DNA of 64,000 nucleotides from Methanobacteriota archaeon (GCA_043799545.1 JAZDNO010000019.1:32001-96000); one strand, 5' to 3'. Counted from the first letter of the stretch, positions 1 through 9,812 are shown. Numbers and translations: made by a program. The notes: a model not told the origin generated them from the letters alone.

Positions 1-518
1 CCAGGCTGGACTTCTTCCTCACCAACTACTCGGCCTACCTCGTGTACAAGTCTGCGATTCCGGGCGTCGCCTGGGACTTCTTCCATCTCGGGGGGGAGTA
101 CTCGGCGAAATCCGTTTCCGGAGTGGATTACACTTACAATTCCCTGCGCGCGGACACCATGGTCCTCATTGTCGACAACACGAACCGGACCGACGAGGGC
201 GCGGATGGCGTTGGAGCGGTGGAGGTCTCTGGGACGATAACCCTGAGCGCAAACTTCTGGGGCTTCGGGGAGATGGCCGCAATCGGCGTAGTCGCCTTGG
301 CGATGGCCGCGGTAATCGGAATGGCGCTCATGCGTAAAGGGGGAAGGAAACCGGCCTCCAGGCCCCCTGCCCATACACATGCGAAGCCAACTGCCAAACC
401 ACCAGGGGGCGGCTCGCAGGCCCAGCGCCCGGCGAGAAAGCTGCTGCGCCCCGTCTTGCGCTCGTCCATCCAAAATAGAAAACCATTATCTCCAAAGAAG
501 GGGATGCGGGGGCGGTGA
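1..518 (+). CDS. Hypothetical membrane-anchored protein, C-terminal part (5' end outside window)
   Basis: The frame of ORF 42..518 stays open to the window edge (RLDFFLTNYSAYLVYKS...). It has one hydrophobic helix (MAAIGVVALAMAAVIGMALM) followed by a basic Pro-rich tail. Confidence 0.6.
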   Translation, partial: RLDFFLTNYSAYLVYKSAIPGVAWDFFHLGGEYSAKSVSGVDYTYNSLRADTMVLIVDNTNRTDEGADGVGAVEVSGTITLSANFWGFGEMAAIGVVALAMAAVIGMALMRKGGRKPASRPPAHTHAKPTAKPPGGGSQAQRPARKLLRPVLRSSIQNRKPLSPKKGMRGR

Positions 519-522
519 GACG

Positions 523-1119
523 ACGTACACTGACGAGGAGGGCGCTCTGGCGGTGAAGCTGGCGAGGGCTACGATTGAGCATGCGGTAGGCGGGTCGCAG
601 GCGCCGGACCTGGCAATCCCCGAGAGCTTCAGGAGCAACGCTGGCGCGTTCGTCACCCTGAACACCTACCCCGACGGGCGCCTCAGGGGATGCATCGGTT
701 ACCCTGAGCCTTTCTACAGGCTCGAGGAATCGATTAAAAGGGGGGCGCAGTCGGCGACGCACGACCCCAGGTTCTCCCCGTTGGCGAAGCGGGAGCTAAT
801 GGGCGTCGTGGTCGAGGTCAGCATCCTCACGCCGCCCGTGAAAATCGCAGTTGATAAACCGACCGAATACCCGAAACACATAGTCGTGGGCAGGGACGGC
901 CTCATAGTGGAGAAGAAGTACCACAGGGGGCTCCTGCTGCCCCAGGTCGCGACGGAGTACAAATGGGATTCCAAGGAGTTCCTGGCGAACACCTGCATGA
1001 AGGCGGGGATGATGCCGGACGCATGGCTGGACCGCGACACCGAGATATGGAAGTTCACTGCCGAGGTCTTCGGCGAGAAGGAGCCTCGTGGGCAGGCGAG
1101 GCGGATGGAGCTGGGCTGA
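523..1119 (+). CDS. AMMECR1-domain protein (TIGR00296-like)
   Basis: Motifs GAFVTLNTYP, LRGCIGYPEP, DPRF, GRDGLIV, GLLLPQVA and CMKAG. The start is uncertain: ACG at 523 after a GGTGA RBS, or ATG at 379. Confidence 0.9.
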   Translation, partial: TYTDEEGALAVKLARATIEHAVGGSQAPDLAIPESFRSNAGAFVTLNTYPDGRLRGCIGYPEPFYRLEESIKRGAQSATHDPRFSPLAKRELMGVVVEVSILTPPVKIAVDKPTEYPKHIVVGRDGLIVEKKYHRGLLLPQVATEYKWDSKEFLANTCMKAGMMPDAWLDRDTEIWKFTAEVFGEKEPRGQARRMELG

Positions 1120-2399
1120 TGGGGCTGGACCTCGTCGTCAAGGGGCGCGCCCTTCTGGACGGCGAGCCGACACAGTGCTGCATCGGCGTCAAGGACGGCC
1201 TCGTCGCCGAGATAAGGAAGGTGCTGGATTGTTCCGATTCGCTCGACTTCGGGGACGCGCTGCTGTTGCCCGCGGCTGTGGACCTGCACGTCCATCTCCG
1301 CGAGCCTGGCAAGGAGCGCAAGGAGGATTTCTTCACGGGAACGATGGCGGCGGCCTTCGGCGGCGTTTCGTGCGTCGCGGACATGCCCAACACGGTCCCG
1401 ATGACCTCGGACGCCAAGTCTTTGAGGGAGAAGCATCTGCTGGCCGGCGCGAAGGCCAACGTCGATTACGGCCTTTGGGGCTTGCTGGCGACCGGTTCCG
1501 ATTTCGACGTTCTGCGCAAGGGAACCGTGGGCTTTAAATTCTTCATGTCAGAGACGACCGGCGCGGCGGGGACCTCGTTCGAGGCCTGGCCGGCACTCGC
1601 AAAATCTGCGGGCCCGTCTCTCGCTGCCGTACACCCTGAGCACCCCCTGGAAATGGAGAGCGGGGTATCTAGCGACCTGGAAGGGCACTCGAAGCTGCGC
1701 AACCCGCTGGCCGAGGCCAGAGGAATCGCGGAAGCCGGGGCCCTGTTCGCGAACGTGCACATGTGCCACGTCTCGTCGAGGAGGGGGCTGGAGGCTCTGG
1801 CGAAGCTGAAGGAGGGGCGCGGGGGCGGCTTTCTGACGGCGGAGGTCACGCCGCACCACCTGTTCCTCAACTCCAGGTCGGAGCTTGGAGCCATGGTCAA
1901 GGTCAACCCTCCCCTCAGGGAGAAGGCGGACCAGGCGGCGCTCTGGGAGGCGCTGGCCTCGGGCGCAGTCGACACCGTCAGCTCGGACCACGCCCCGCAC
2001 ACGCTCGAGGAGAAGCGAGTGGATTTCGAAGACGCGCCGTCGGGCCTTCCGGGCGTGGAAACTGGCTTCCCTCTCATGCTGAAGGCGGTGAAGGACGGGA
2101 GGCTGACGCTGGCAAGGTGCGTCGAAGCCTGCTGCACGGCCCCGGCAAAGAGGTTGAATGCGAACAAAGGCGTAATCGCCGTCGGGTACGACGCCGACCT
2201 TGTCGCGGTCTCGATGCGAGATGTTGTGAAAATCAGGGACGACGACATGCACTCGAAGTGCGGCTGGACGCCCTACGCGGGGATGGAGGCGATATTCCCC
2301 AGGATGACCATGGTTCGCGGCCAGACAATCGTCCGCAACGGCTCGCTGGAGAGCGAGCGGTGCGGGAGGGCGCTCCCTATCCCCGAACCTCGAAAGTAA
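1119..2399 (+). CDS. pyrC: Dihydroorotase (amidohydrolase family)
   Basis: Motifs DLHVHLREPG, DMPNT, EVTPHHL, KVNPPLR, SDHAPH and GLPGVET. The ATG overlaps the upstream TGA (TGATG). Confidence 0.85.
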   Translation: MGLDLVVKGRALLDGEPTQCCIGVKDGLVAEIRKVLDCSDSLDFGDALLLPAAVDLHVHLREPGKERKEDFFTGTMAAAFGGVSCVADMPNTVPMTSDAKSLREKHLLAGAKANVDYGLWGLLATGSDFDVLRKGTVGFKFFMSETTGAAGTSFEAWPALAKSAGPSLAAVHPEHPLEMESGVSSDLEGHSKLRNPLAEARGIAEAGALFANVHMCHVSSRRGLEALAKLKEGRGGGFLTAEVTPHHLFLNSRSELGAMVKVNPPLREKADQAALWEALASGAVDTVSSDHAPHTLEEKRVDFEDAPSGLPGVETGFPLMLKAVKDGRLTLARCVEACCTAPAKRLNANKGVIAVGYDADLVAVSMRDVVKIRDDDMHSKCGWTPYAGMEAIFPRMTMVRGQTIVRNGSLESERCGRALPIPEPRK

Positions 2400-2652
2400 C
2401 CGAATCGCCCGTCGGCTCCGACCATTCAACCGCGACGCTCTCCACCCTGGCGCGCGGCTGGTCGTGCGAGCACCACCTGATGAACTCCTCGACATCACCG
2501 CGTTCACCCTCAGCGACGGCTTCGACGGCCCCGTCTGGGCGGTTGCGCACCCAGCCAGTCAGACCAAGCTCCTTCGCCCTCCTGCGGGCGTTGTCCCTGA
2601 AGAAAACTCCCTGGACGAGGCCCCTGAAGACGACCCTCGCCTTTGCGCTCAT
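2377..2652 (-). CDS. acyP: Acylphosphatase
   Basis: GLVQGVFFR and GWVRNRPDGAVE signature, 91 aa. Confidence 0.95.
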   Translation of the reverse strand: MSAKARVVFRGLVQGVFFRDNARRRAKELGLTGWVRNRPDGAVEAVAEGERGDVEEFIRWCSHDQPRARVESVAVEWSEPTGDSVTFEVRG

Positions 2653-3851
2653 TTCGCCAGCGGCGACATCGCCCTCAACTTTCCTACGATGCGGGGCATC
2701 TCTCCCAGGAAATAGTCGATGTCCTCTTCCGTGTTCCCGCGGCCCAGCGATAGGCGCAGGGAGCCGTGCACTTCCTCGGCCGGGAGCCCCAGGGCGAGAA
2801 GAACGTGAGAAGCCTTTAGCGACTTTGTGGAGCAGGCCGAGCCCGTCGAGGCCGCAATCCCGGCCATGTCAAGATGGAGCATCATCGACTCGCCCTCTAT
2901 GAACCTGAACCTGAAGCTGGCGCTGTTCGGCAGGCGCTTTGTCCTGTGGCCAGTGAGGTAGCATTCCTTTATCGACGAAATCGTTCCATCGATGAGTCTT
3001 TCCCTCAAAGCCGTCACCCTGGGGACGTCGGTGTCGAGTCGCCGCACCGCCAGCTCGGCAGCCTTTCCGAAGCCGACTATGCCCGGGACATTCGAGGTGC
3101 TCGGCCTCAGCCCCTTCTCGTGCGAGCCGCCGAAGTTCAGAGGCTGGATGCTCAGGCCCTTCTTCATGTACAGCATGCCAACCCCCTTTGGCCCGTACAT
3201 CTTGTGGGCCGTGACAGACATGAAATCCGCATTGAGTTTGTTGACATCCAGCGGTATCTTCGAGGCGCTTTGGATGGCATCGGTGTGAAAGAGCGCGCCC
3301 CCCTCATGGGCGATTTTTCCAATCTCCCCGATAGGCTGGACTGTCCCGATTTCGTTGTTCGCATGCATGATGGAGACGAGCCTCGTGCTCTTCCTCATCG
3401 CCTTCGCGACGTCGTCAGGGTCCACCAAACCCTCCGAGTCGACGGGCAGGAACGTGGCCTCGTAGCCGATGGTCTCCAGATGCTTCATCGTGGCCAGGAC
3501 GGCCGGGTGCTCGATGGCGGAGGTGATGAAATGGCCTCCCTTGTTCTGCTTGAGGAATGCCGTCCCGAGTATCGCCAGGTTGTTGGACTCGGTCCCCCCT
3601 CCCGTGAAGTATATCTCATCCGGGGCTGCGTCGACCATCTTCGCGACCCGCGACCTGGCAATATCGACGGCCGCGTGCGCCTCCACGCCGTAGGAGTGCG
3701 CGCTCGACGCGTTTCCGAAGATTTCCGAGAAGTACGGCAGCATCTCATTCAGGACGAGCGGGTCGACGGGGGCGGTCGCAGAGTGGTCGAGATACACGCG
3801 CCGTATGACCTTTCCAGCCGCCTTCCCCTGGGTCGCTGCGTTGTTTGTCAT
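2649..3851 (-). CDS. iscS: Cysteine desulfurase (IscS/NifS class)
   Basis: YLDHSATAP, HANNEIGTVQP, PLP lysine in HKMYGPKG, catalytic Cys in STGSACS. Confidence 0.95.
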   Translation of the reverse strand: MTNNAATQGKAAGKVIRRVYLDHSATAPVDPLVLNEMLPYFSEIFGNASSAHSYGVEAHAAVDIARSRVAKMVDAAPDEIYFTGGGTESNNLAILGTAFLKQNKGGHFITSAIEHPAVLATMKHLETIGYEATFLPVDSEGLVDPDDVAKAMRKSTRLVSIMHANNEIGTVQPIGEIGKIAHEGGALFHTDAIQSASKIPLDVNKLNADFMSVTAHKMYGPKGVGMLYMKKGLSIQPLNFGGSHEKGLRPSTSNVPGIVGFGKAAELAVRRLDTDVPRVTALRERLIDGTISSIKECYLTGHRTKRLPNSASFRFRFIEGESMMLHLDMAGIAASTGSACSTKSLKASHVLLALGLPAEEVHGSLRLSLGRGNTEEDIDYFLGEMPRIVGKLRAMSPLAK

Positions 3852-3957
3852 TCTATCATTTCTGGTATCTGTTCATCACATATATTTCTGTCGGGCTCGA
3901 CGTGGAAAAACATCGAGGGACTTCCAGAACGCAGGCGAAGCCCGCGCATGAACAACG

Positions 3958-3995
3958 TTTAAATACGGATACGGTTTCGGGGCGCCCACTGGTGA
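3958..3995 (+). promoter_or_regulatory. TATA box (TTTAAATA, 3958-3965) and GGTGA RBS (3991-3995) of rpl10e
   Basis: Archaeal TATA-like octamer about 35 nt upstream of ATG 4000, with GGTGA 4 nt before the start. Confidence 0.6.
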
Positions 3996-3999
3996 TAAA

Positions 4000-4515
4000 A
4001 TGGTACGCAAGCCGGGCAAGATGTACACGCAGACGAAGGGCAAAGCCTATTGCCGCAGGGAATACATGGGCGGCGTTCCAGCGAACCGCATAACCCAGTA
4101 CGACGTCGGCAACCCGAAGGGGGACTTCCCAGTCGTCATGACCCTGGTGGTCGACGAGACCTGCCAGATAAGGCACACGGCCCTTGAGGCGGCGCGCATA
4201 GCCACCAACAAGTCCATCCAGAAGGCGGCAGGCTCGCTTGGTTACCATCTCAAGGTCAGAGTTTACCCCCACCACGTCATCAGGGAAAACAAGATGGCGA
4301 CTGGCGCGGGCGCAGACCGTGTATCGAGCGGAATGCGAAGGGCATTCGGCAAGGCCGTCGGCACGGCGGCGAGGATGAAGCGCGGGCAGAAGATAATCAC
4401 CCTGCGGACCAGCAACCTCCATTTCGACGCCTGCAAGGAGGCGCTGTACAAGGGCGGTTACAAGCTCCCGACTCCCGTGCGCATCATCGTCGAGAAAGCG
4501 GGCGAGAACGCATAA
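4000..4515 (+). CDS. rpl10e: 50S ribosomal protein L10e (uL16)
   Basis: [38 protein letters not shown] and GMRRAFGK motifs. Confidence 0.97.
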   Translation: MVRKPGKMYTQTKGKAYCRREYMGGVPANRITQYDVGNPKGDFPVVMTLVVDETCQIRHTALEAARIATNKSIQKAAGSLGYHLKVRVYPHHVIRENKMATGAGADRVSSGMRRAFGKAVGTAARMKRGQKIITLRTSNLHFDACKEALYKGGYKLPTPVRIIVEKAGENA

Positions 4516-4564
4516 ACCTGTCCCATAAACATTTTTACCTGAACAGCCTTTTCACAATGCTGCA

Positions 4565-6439
4565 ATGCCAAATCGAAACGTCATCCCGATAAAGGACGCC
4601 CCGCCGGGCGATTTTAAAAACCTCGGCGTGCCAGCGTCCAGGCTCGCCGCGCTTGCGCAGGCCGGGCTCGCAATCCCCGAAGGCTTCGTCGTCTCTCAGG
4701 AGATGCTCAACACGGTGCTGGACGCCGACACGGTGGCGAAGCTTCGCGACCTGGGGCTTCGCGCCGGAAAGGCGGACGAGGCGGAGGGCGCGGCGCTGTG
4801 CCGCGAGGCGGGCAAGATCCTCGGCGAGGCAGGCATGCCGTGGGAGACGGAGATGGAGCTCGCGAAGGCGCTGGAGGCGATGCCCCAGGGAGCTTGGCTG
4901 GCGCCCAGCCAGGAGGATGGCGGCATCCCAGTGTTCGCACCAGTGCGCACGAAGAACGCGCTGATAGAGCGGGTGCGGGAGATATGGGCCACGGTCCTCG
5001 ACGCGGATTCGCCGGAGACCTGGCACGAGCCGTTTTCACCCGTCGTCGCAATGGCGGCGCAGGACTTCGAGGTCTCCGGAATCGCGGAGCTGGCAACCGA
5101 GGGGCGCGCCTTCATCGACATCGAGGCTGTCTTCGGTCTGCCCCAGGCCATGTCCGACAGGAAAATCGCCAGGGACAAGTACCGCTGGTCCGTCGCGGAA
5201 TCGCGCCAGCTCAGGGCGGATGTCGCCAAGCAGAGATGGCAGTATTCCATCGCCGACAAGGGCGTTTCCAGGGTGGACGTTTCCCCCGCGCTGGGAGGGG
5301 AGCGCAAGCTTTCGGAGGACGCCCTCGCGGGGCTGGCGAGCGCCGTCCAGGGCGCGGCAGACGCCCTCGACGGCGCCCCCGCGGTGGTCTGGGCCATCGC
5401 GGACGACGAGGTGAAAATCCTGTGGGTTCTGGACCTCAAGCCTTACGAGCGCAGGCCGAAGAAAGCCGAGGTGAAACCCGCAGCCGCCCCCGTCCAGGCG
5501 GTCCAGGACGCCCTCCCGGTCACTGCCACCAAGCTGATGGTCTCAGCCGAGGTCGGCTCGGAGCCTCCTGCAGGCGCAGAGGTTCAGGGCGCGTTCCCGA
5601 TATCGATAGACTCATTCCTCAAGGCGAACCTGCTCGCGCATCCACAATCGCCCGAGGGGGCAAGCTTAGAATCCTTCAAAGCCGGCCTCCCGACGGCGCT
5701 GGAGTCGTACGCCAAGGCGATGCGGCCGCGCCAGGTCGTCGTATCGCTTTCCAACCTTTCGAGCGAGGAGTTCGCAGCGCTTCCAGGCGGGGGGAGGTTC
5801 GAGCCCGCGGAGCGCAATCCGCTCATGGGGTTCCGGGGAAGCGCGAGGCACCTTTCGGTCGGGAACGACAAGCTGCTGGATGCCGAGCTATCGGCAATCG
5901 CGGCGGCGCGACAGCGCGGCGCCCGCAACCTTTCCCTCGCCCTGCCGTTCGTGCGCACGACAGACGAGCTTCTGGCTCTTGCGGCAAGGGCGCGCTCCCT
6001 CGGGCTGGAGCGCGGGCAGGACTTCAAGCTCTGGATGTTCGTCGAGGTTCCGTCCAACGTCTTCATGGCAGAGGATTTCGCCAACTTGTGCGACGGGCTC
6101 GCGATTCGGCTGGAGCCGCTTTACCAGCTGCTGGCGGCGGTGGACCCGGGCTCGGCATACCTCGCCGACGCGGGCTTCGCCAGGCCATCCGACGAGGGGG
6201 CGAGGCGGGCCGTGGCGGAGGTCATCTGCAGGGCGCGCTCGGCCGGAAAGCCGGTCGTTATATGCGGCGAGAAGCTGCACGAAGCGCGGGAGGTTCTCGA
6301 AACGGCAATCAGGGAAGGCGTGGACGCTGTCTCGGCGCCGCCGCAGCACCTGACGCAGCTGGCCAGGGCCGTTGCGGGAATAGAGCAGCGCATATTGCTC
6401 GAGGGCGCGGCGAGGCTGAGGTCGGGAGGAAAGGCTTGA
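4565..6439 (+). CDS. Degenerate PEP synthase-like protein (N-terminal ATP-grasp plus C-terminal PEP-binding barrel, no phospho-His domain)
   Basis: PpsA-like segments IPEGFVV, IEAVFGL, PVTATKL, ERNPLMGFRG, FVEVPSN and VICGE are present. The TSHAAI motif is absent and the protein is 624 aa. Confidence 0.75.
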   Translation: MPNRNVIPIKDAPPGDFKNLGVPASRLAALAQAGLAIPEGFVVSQEMLNTVLDADTVAKLRDLGLRAGKADEAEGAALCREAGKILGEAGMPWETEMELAKALEAMPQGAWLAPSQEDGGIPVFAPVRTKNALIERVREIWATVLDADSPETWHEPFSPVVAMAAQDFEVSGIAELATEGRAFIDIEAVFGLPQAMSDRKIARDKYRWSVAESRQLRADVAKQRWQYSIADKGVSRVDVSPALGGERKLSEDALAGLASAVQGAADALDGAPAVVWAIADDEVKILWVLDLKPYERRPKKAEVKPAAAPVQAVQDALPVTATKLMVSAEVGSEPPAGAEVQGAFPISIDSFLKANLLAHPQSPEGASLESFKAGLPTALESYAKAMRPRQVVVSLSNLSSEEFAALPGGGRFEPAERNPLMGFRGSARHLSVGNDKLLDAELSAIAAARQRGARNLSLALPFVRTTDELLALAARARSLGLERGQDFKLWMFVEVPSNVFMAEDFANLCDGLAIRLEPLYQLLAAVDPGSAYLADAGFARPSDEGARRAVAEVICRARSAGKPVVICGEKLHEAREVLETAIREGVDAVSAPPQHLTQLARAVAGIEQRILLEGAARLRSGGKA

Positions 6440-7602
6440 GCCGGGCGTCGTCGGGATTCCCCCGGAAGGGCTCCGGGAGGAAGGCGGTGCGGGCTAACCT
6501 CGGCGACGCGCTCGAGGAGGATTTTTCCTTTGGCGGCGGGCGCGTGCTGGGCTCGATGTGCACCGCCCCGCTCCCGATTGCCGTCGAGGCGCATTCGAAA
6601 TTTATCGAGTCGAACCTGGGCAACTCGGGGCTGTATCCGGGAACTGCGAAGCTTGAGCGGCAGGTCGTCGCCTGGGTATCGGACCTGATGCACGGCCGGA
6701 ACCTCGCAGGGCACGTCGTCGGCGGCGGGACTGAGGCCAATATCACAGCGCTCTGGGTCGCCCGCAACGCGACCGGAAAGAAGGAGGTGGTGTTTCCCGA
6801 GAGCGCCCACTTCTCGTTCAGCAAGGCGTGCGACCTACTGGGCATGAAGCCAGTCATCGCCAGGCTCAACGACGACTTCACCGTGGACGTGGACGACGCG
6901 CGCCGAAAGATTGGCAAGAACACCGCTGCCGTCGTGGGCATCGCGGGCACGACTGAGGTGGGAGCGGTCGACGACGTGGCGGCGCTGGCCGAGGCGTCCG
7001 AGGGGAAGACGCTCCACGTCGACGCGGCCTTCGGAGGTTTCGTCATCCCGTTCCTGTGCAAGCTCGGAGGCGAGTTTCCGGGCTTCGATTTCTCGGTGCC
7101 AGGCGTGAGCTCCCTCACTATAGACCCACATAAGATGGGGATGGCCACGGTGCCCTCGGGCATCCTGCTGTTCCGCGGGCGGGACAGGCTGGACGGCATA
7201 GCGGTGGACGCGCCGTACCTCACGCTCACTAAGCAGACCGCGCTTTCGGGCACGAGGTGCAGCGCGGCAGTGGCATCGTCGTACGCGGCCATCCGGACCC
7301 TGGGGTTCGAAGGCTACGTCAGGCTGGTCAAGGGCTGCATGGACAACACTGCGCACCTGGCGAAGCGCGCCGGGCAGGAAGGCCTCTCGCTCGCGCTCAA
7401 GCCGCGGATGAACATAGTCAACCTCTCGGTCGATTCCCCGGAGCGCCTGCAGGCCGAACTGGACAGGATGGGATGGAAGGTCTCGAAGGCCTGCAAACCG
7501 AAATCCCTCCGCATGGTTGTGATGCCGCACGTCACTCGGCGGGTGGTTGACTCTTTCGTCCCCGACCTGGCCAAGGCCGCCCGGAGGCTGGGGGAGATAT
7601 GA
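6436..7602 (+). CDS. mfnA: PLP-dependent tyrosine/aspartate decarboxylase
   Basis: RVLGSMCT, NLGNSGLYPGT, GGTEAN, HVDAAFGG and DPHKMG. The TTG start overlaps the upstream TGA. Confidence 0.92.
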   Translation: MSRASSGFPRKGSGRKAVRANLGDALEEDFSFGGGRVLGSMCTAPLPIAVEAHSKFIESNLGNSGLYPGTAKLERQVVAWVSDLMHGRNLAGHVVGGGTEANITALWVARNATGKKEVVFPESAHFSFSKACDLLGMKPVIARLNDDFTVDVDDARRKIGKNTAAVVGIAGTTEVGAVDDVAALAEASEGKTLHVDAAFGGFVIPFLCKLGGEFPGFDFSVPGVSSLTIDPHKMGMATVPSGILLFRGRDRLDGIAVDAPYLTLTKQTALSGTRCSAAVASSYAAIRTLGFEGYVRLVKGCMDNTAHLAKRAGQEGLSLALKPRMNIVNLSVDSPERLQAELDRMGWKVSKACKPKSLRMVVMPHVTRRVVDSFVPDLAKAARRLGEI

Positions 7603-8594
7603 AGGTCGGCGACTTGGATGTTGACATCGGCTGCGCGGTCAAGGAAGCGCTGAAACGCAAGGCCAAGAGCATTGTCCTGCAGGTGCCGGAGGGCCTGAAG
7701 AGGCGCGCTGGCGAGATGGCCGACGCCTTCGAGAGGAAGGGCATTTCAGTTATTCTGGCCGGAGATCCGTGCTACGGAGCCTGCGACCTGTGCGCGGGAC
7801 ACGGCAGGGACATACTGGTCCATGTCGGGCACACCCCGCTCGGGCTTCCCGGAGACGACGAAGTCATATTCGTGGAAGCCATTTCGTCCGCGCCGGTGGA
7901 GGCGGTCGTCTGCAAGGCGCTTCCCCTGCTAGGTTCAAAGGCCGGTCTGGTCACGACCGCGCAGCACGCCCACATGCTGGACGCCGCGACCGCGCTCGTC
8001 CGAAAGTCCGGAAGGAAGGCTCTCAGAGGAACGGGCGATGGCAGAGTCAAATATCCCGGGCAGGTCTTAGGGTGCAACGCCAGCGCCGCCCGCTCCGTCG
8101 CAAAACGCGTCGATTCATTCCTATTCATCGGCACAGGCGTGTTCCATCCGATTGCGGTGTCCCTCGCGACCCGCAAGCCGACAATCGCCGCGGACCCGCT
8201 CTCCGGCGAAGTGCAGGACGTCGGCCCGCTGGCGGAGCGGATTCTCAGGCGCAGGCACGGGCTCATCGCCGTAGCTTCGAAGGCGCATGAATTCGGAATT
8301 ATCGTATGCACCAAGCGCGGGCAGCGCCGGAAATCGACGGCGCTCGCCCTGGCGCGGAAGATAAAAAAATCCGGGCGCTCCGCCCGCATCGTGGCTGCGA
8401 ACGAGATAGAGCCGTGGCGCTTCAAAGGGTTCGGTTTCGACGCGCTCGTTTCGACCGCATGCCCGCGGCTGGCCATAGACGATTGCGCCAGGTTCGACGT
8501 GCCGCTACTCACTCCCGTCGAGGCGGAGATTGCCATCGGCGGCAAGGCTTGGGGGGATTACCAGTTCGACGAGATAGCCCCTTCGCTCGGTTAG
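7599..8594 (+). CDS. dph2: Diphthamide biosynthesis enzyme Dph2
   Basis: LQVPEGLK, CYGACD, HVGH, GQVLGCN and TACPRL, giving the three Fe-S cysteines. Confidence 0.95.
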   Translation: MKVGDLDVDIGCAVKEALKRKAKSIVLQVPEGLKRRAGEMADAFERKGISVILAGDPCYGACDLCAGHGRDILVHVGHTPLGLPGDDEVIFVEAISSAPVEAVVCKALPLLGSKAGLVTTAQHAHMLDAATALVRKSGRKALRGTGDGRVKYPGQVLGCNASAARSVAKRVDSFLFIGTGVFHPIAVSLATRKPTIAADPLSGEVQDVGPLAERILRRRHGLIAVASKAHEFGIIVCTKRGQRRKSTALALARKIKKSGRSARIVAANEIEPWRFKGFGFDALVSTACPRLAIDDCARFDVPLLTPVEAEIAIGGKAWGDYQFDEIAPSLG

Positions 8595-8610
8595 GCCTTT
8601 TACAGAATAA

Positions 8611-8618
8611 TATATATA
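8611..8618 (+). promoter_or_regulatory. TATA box of ftsZ
   Basis: TATATATA in the AT-rich gap about 45 nt upstream of ATG 8664. Confidence 0.55.
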
Positions 8619-8663
8619 CGTGAAAACCTATTAGCCTTTACAACCAAAAGGGATGGGTGCACG

Positions 8664-9812
8664 ATGAAATCGATAATAGACTCGGCTTTGCAGCAGCATG
8701 CAGAGGACCAGAAGAGCGCGGAAGTTTTGAAGAGCGCGGGGGTACCTAGCCAGCAGTCCACCGGCAGCCCCGACGACGACGACCTGTTGAAACTGGTCGA
8801 GACGCTCAGGATCAACATCAAAATCATCGGATGCGGCGGAGGCGGTTGCAATACAATCAACAGGCTGACGCAGTCCGGGATAGTCGGCGCTCAGCTCCTC
8901 GCCATCAACACCGATGCGCCGCACCTCCTGCACATCCACGCGCCGAAGAAGATGCTCATAGGCAAGAAGTTAACGAAGGGCCTGGGCGCCGGCGCGCTCC
9001 CCGAGGTCGGGGAGTCGGCGGCTAAAGAAAACGAGGACGAGCTCAAGGCGTACATCAACGGTTCGCACATAGTCTTCGTGACCGCTGGCCTGGGTGGCGG
9101 GACCGGGACTGGCTCCGCGCAGTACATCGCAAAGACCGCGAAGGAGTCGGGCGCGCTCGTCATGGGCATAGTCACCCTACCGTTCAAGGCGGAGGGCCAC
9201 CTGCGCATGGAGAACGCCCTCAAGGGCCTTGAGAAGCTGCGCAAGTTCACCGACACCACGATAGTCATCAACAACGACAAGCTTCTGGAACTTGTCCCGA
9301 GGCTCCCGCTGGACGCGGCATTCAAGGTCGCTGACGAGATCCTGATGAACGCCATAAAGGGCATCACGGAAATCATCACCAAGCCCGGGCTGGTCAACAT
9401 CGACTACTCCGATCTGATGACAATCATGAAGAACGGCGGCGTCGCGATGATTGGGATGGGCGACTCGGACGAGGACAGGGACCGCGTCGACGAGGCGGTC
9501 AAGGAAGCCTTGTCTTCGCCGCTGCTCGGCGAGGTCGATATCTCGCAGTCGAAGGGAGCGCTCGTGCGCATCGTGGGCGGCTCCGACATGACAATCACCG
9601 AGGCGCAGAGGGCGGTCGAGCTGGTCGGCCAGAAGATATCCCCGACCGCGCGCATCATCTGGGGATGCACTGTCGACCCGACGATGGAGAAGTCCGTCAA
9701 CCTGCTGCTAGTGCTCACGGGAGTCAAATCGAAGCAGTTCGTCGACACCCACGGGCCGTCGGTCGTGACAGGAAGGCCCCCGCAGAATGATGCGTTCGAA
9801 GAGGTCAGGTGA
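8664..9812 (+). CDS. ftsZ: Cell division protein FtsZ
   Basis: GCGGGGCN, AINTD, GLGAG, the GLGGGTGTG tubulin signature and GLVNIDYSD. Confidence 0.97.
   Translation: MKSIIDSALQQHAEDQKSAEVLKSAGVPSQQSTGSPDDDDLLKLVETLRINIKIIGCGGGGCNTINRLTQSGIVGAQLLAINTDAPHLLHIHAPKKMLIGKKLTKGLGAGALPEVGESAAKENEDELKAYINGSHIVFVTAGLGGGTGTGSAQYIAKTAKESGALVMGIVTLPFKAEGHLRMENALKGLEKLRKFTDTTIVINNDKLLELVPRLPLDAAFKVADEILMNAIKGITEIITKPGLVNIDYSDLMTIMKNGGVAMIGMGDSDEDRDRVDEAVKEALSSPLLGEVDISQSKGALVRIVGGSDMTITEAQRAVELVGQKISPTARIIWGCTVDPTMEKSVNLLLVLTGVKSKQFVDTHGPSVVTGRPPQNDAFEEVR

Noticed and set aside
4798-6435. 934-aa ORF 4798..7602 suggesting a giant MfnA fusion
   Set aside because: The first 546 aa are an alternative frame over the ppsA-like gene with Arg/Gly/Ala-rich junk composition. 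MfnA homology begins at TTG 6436.
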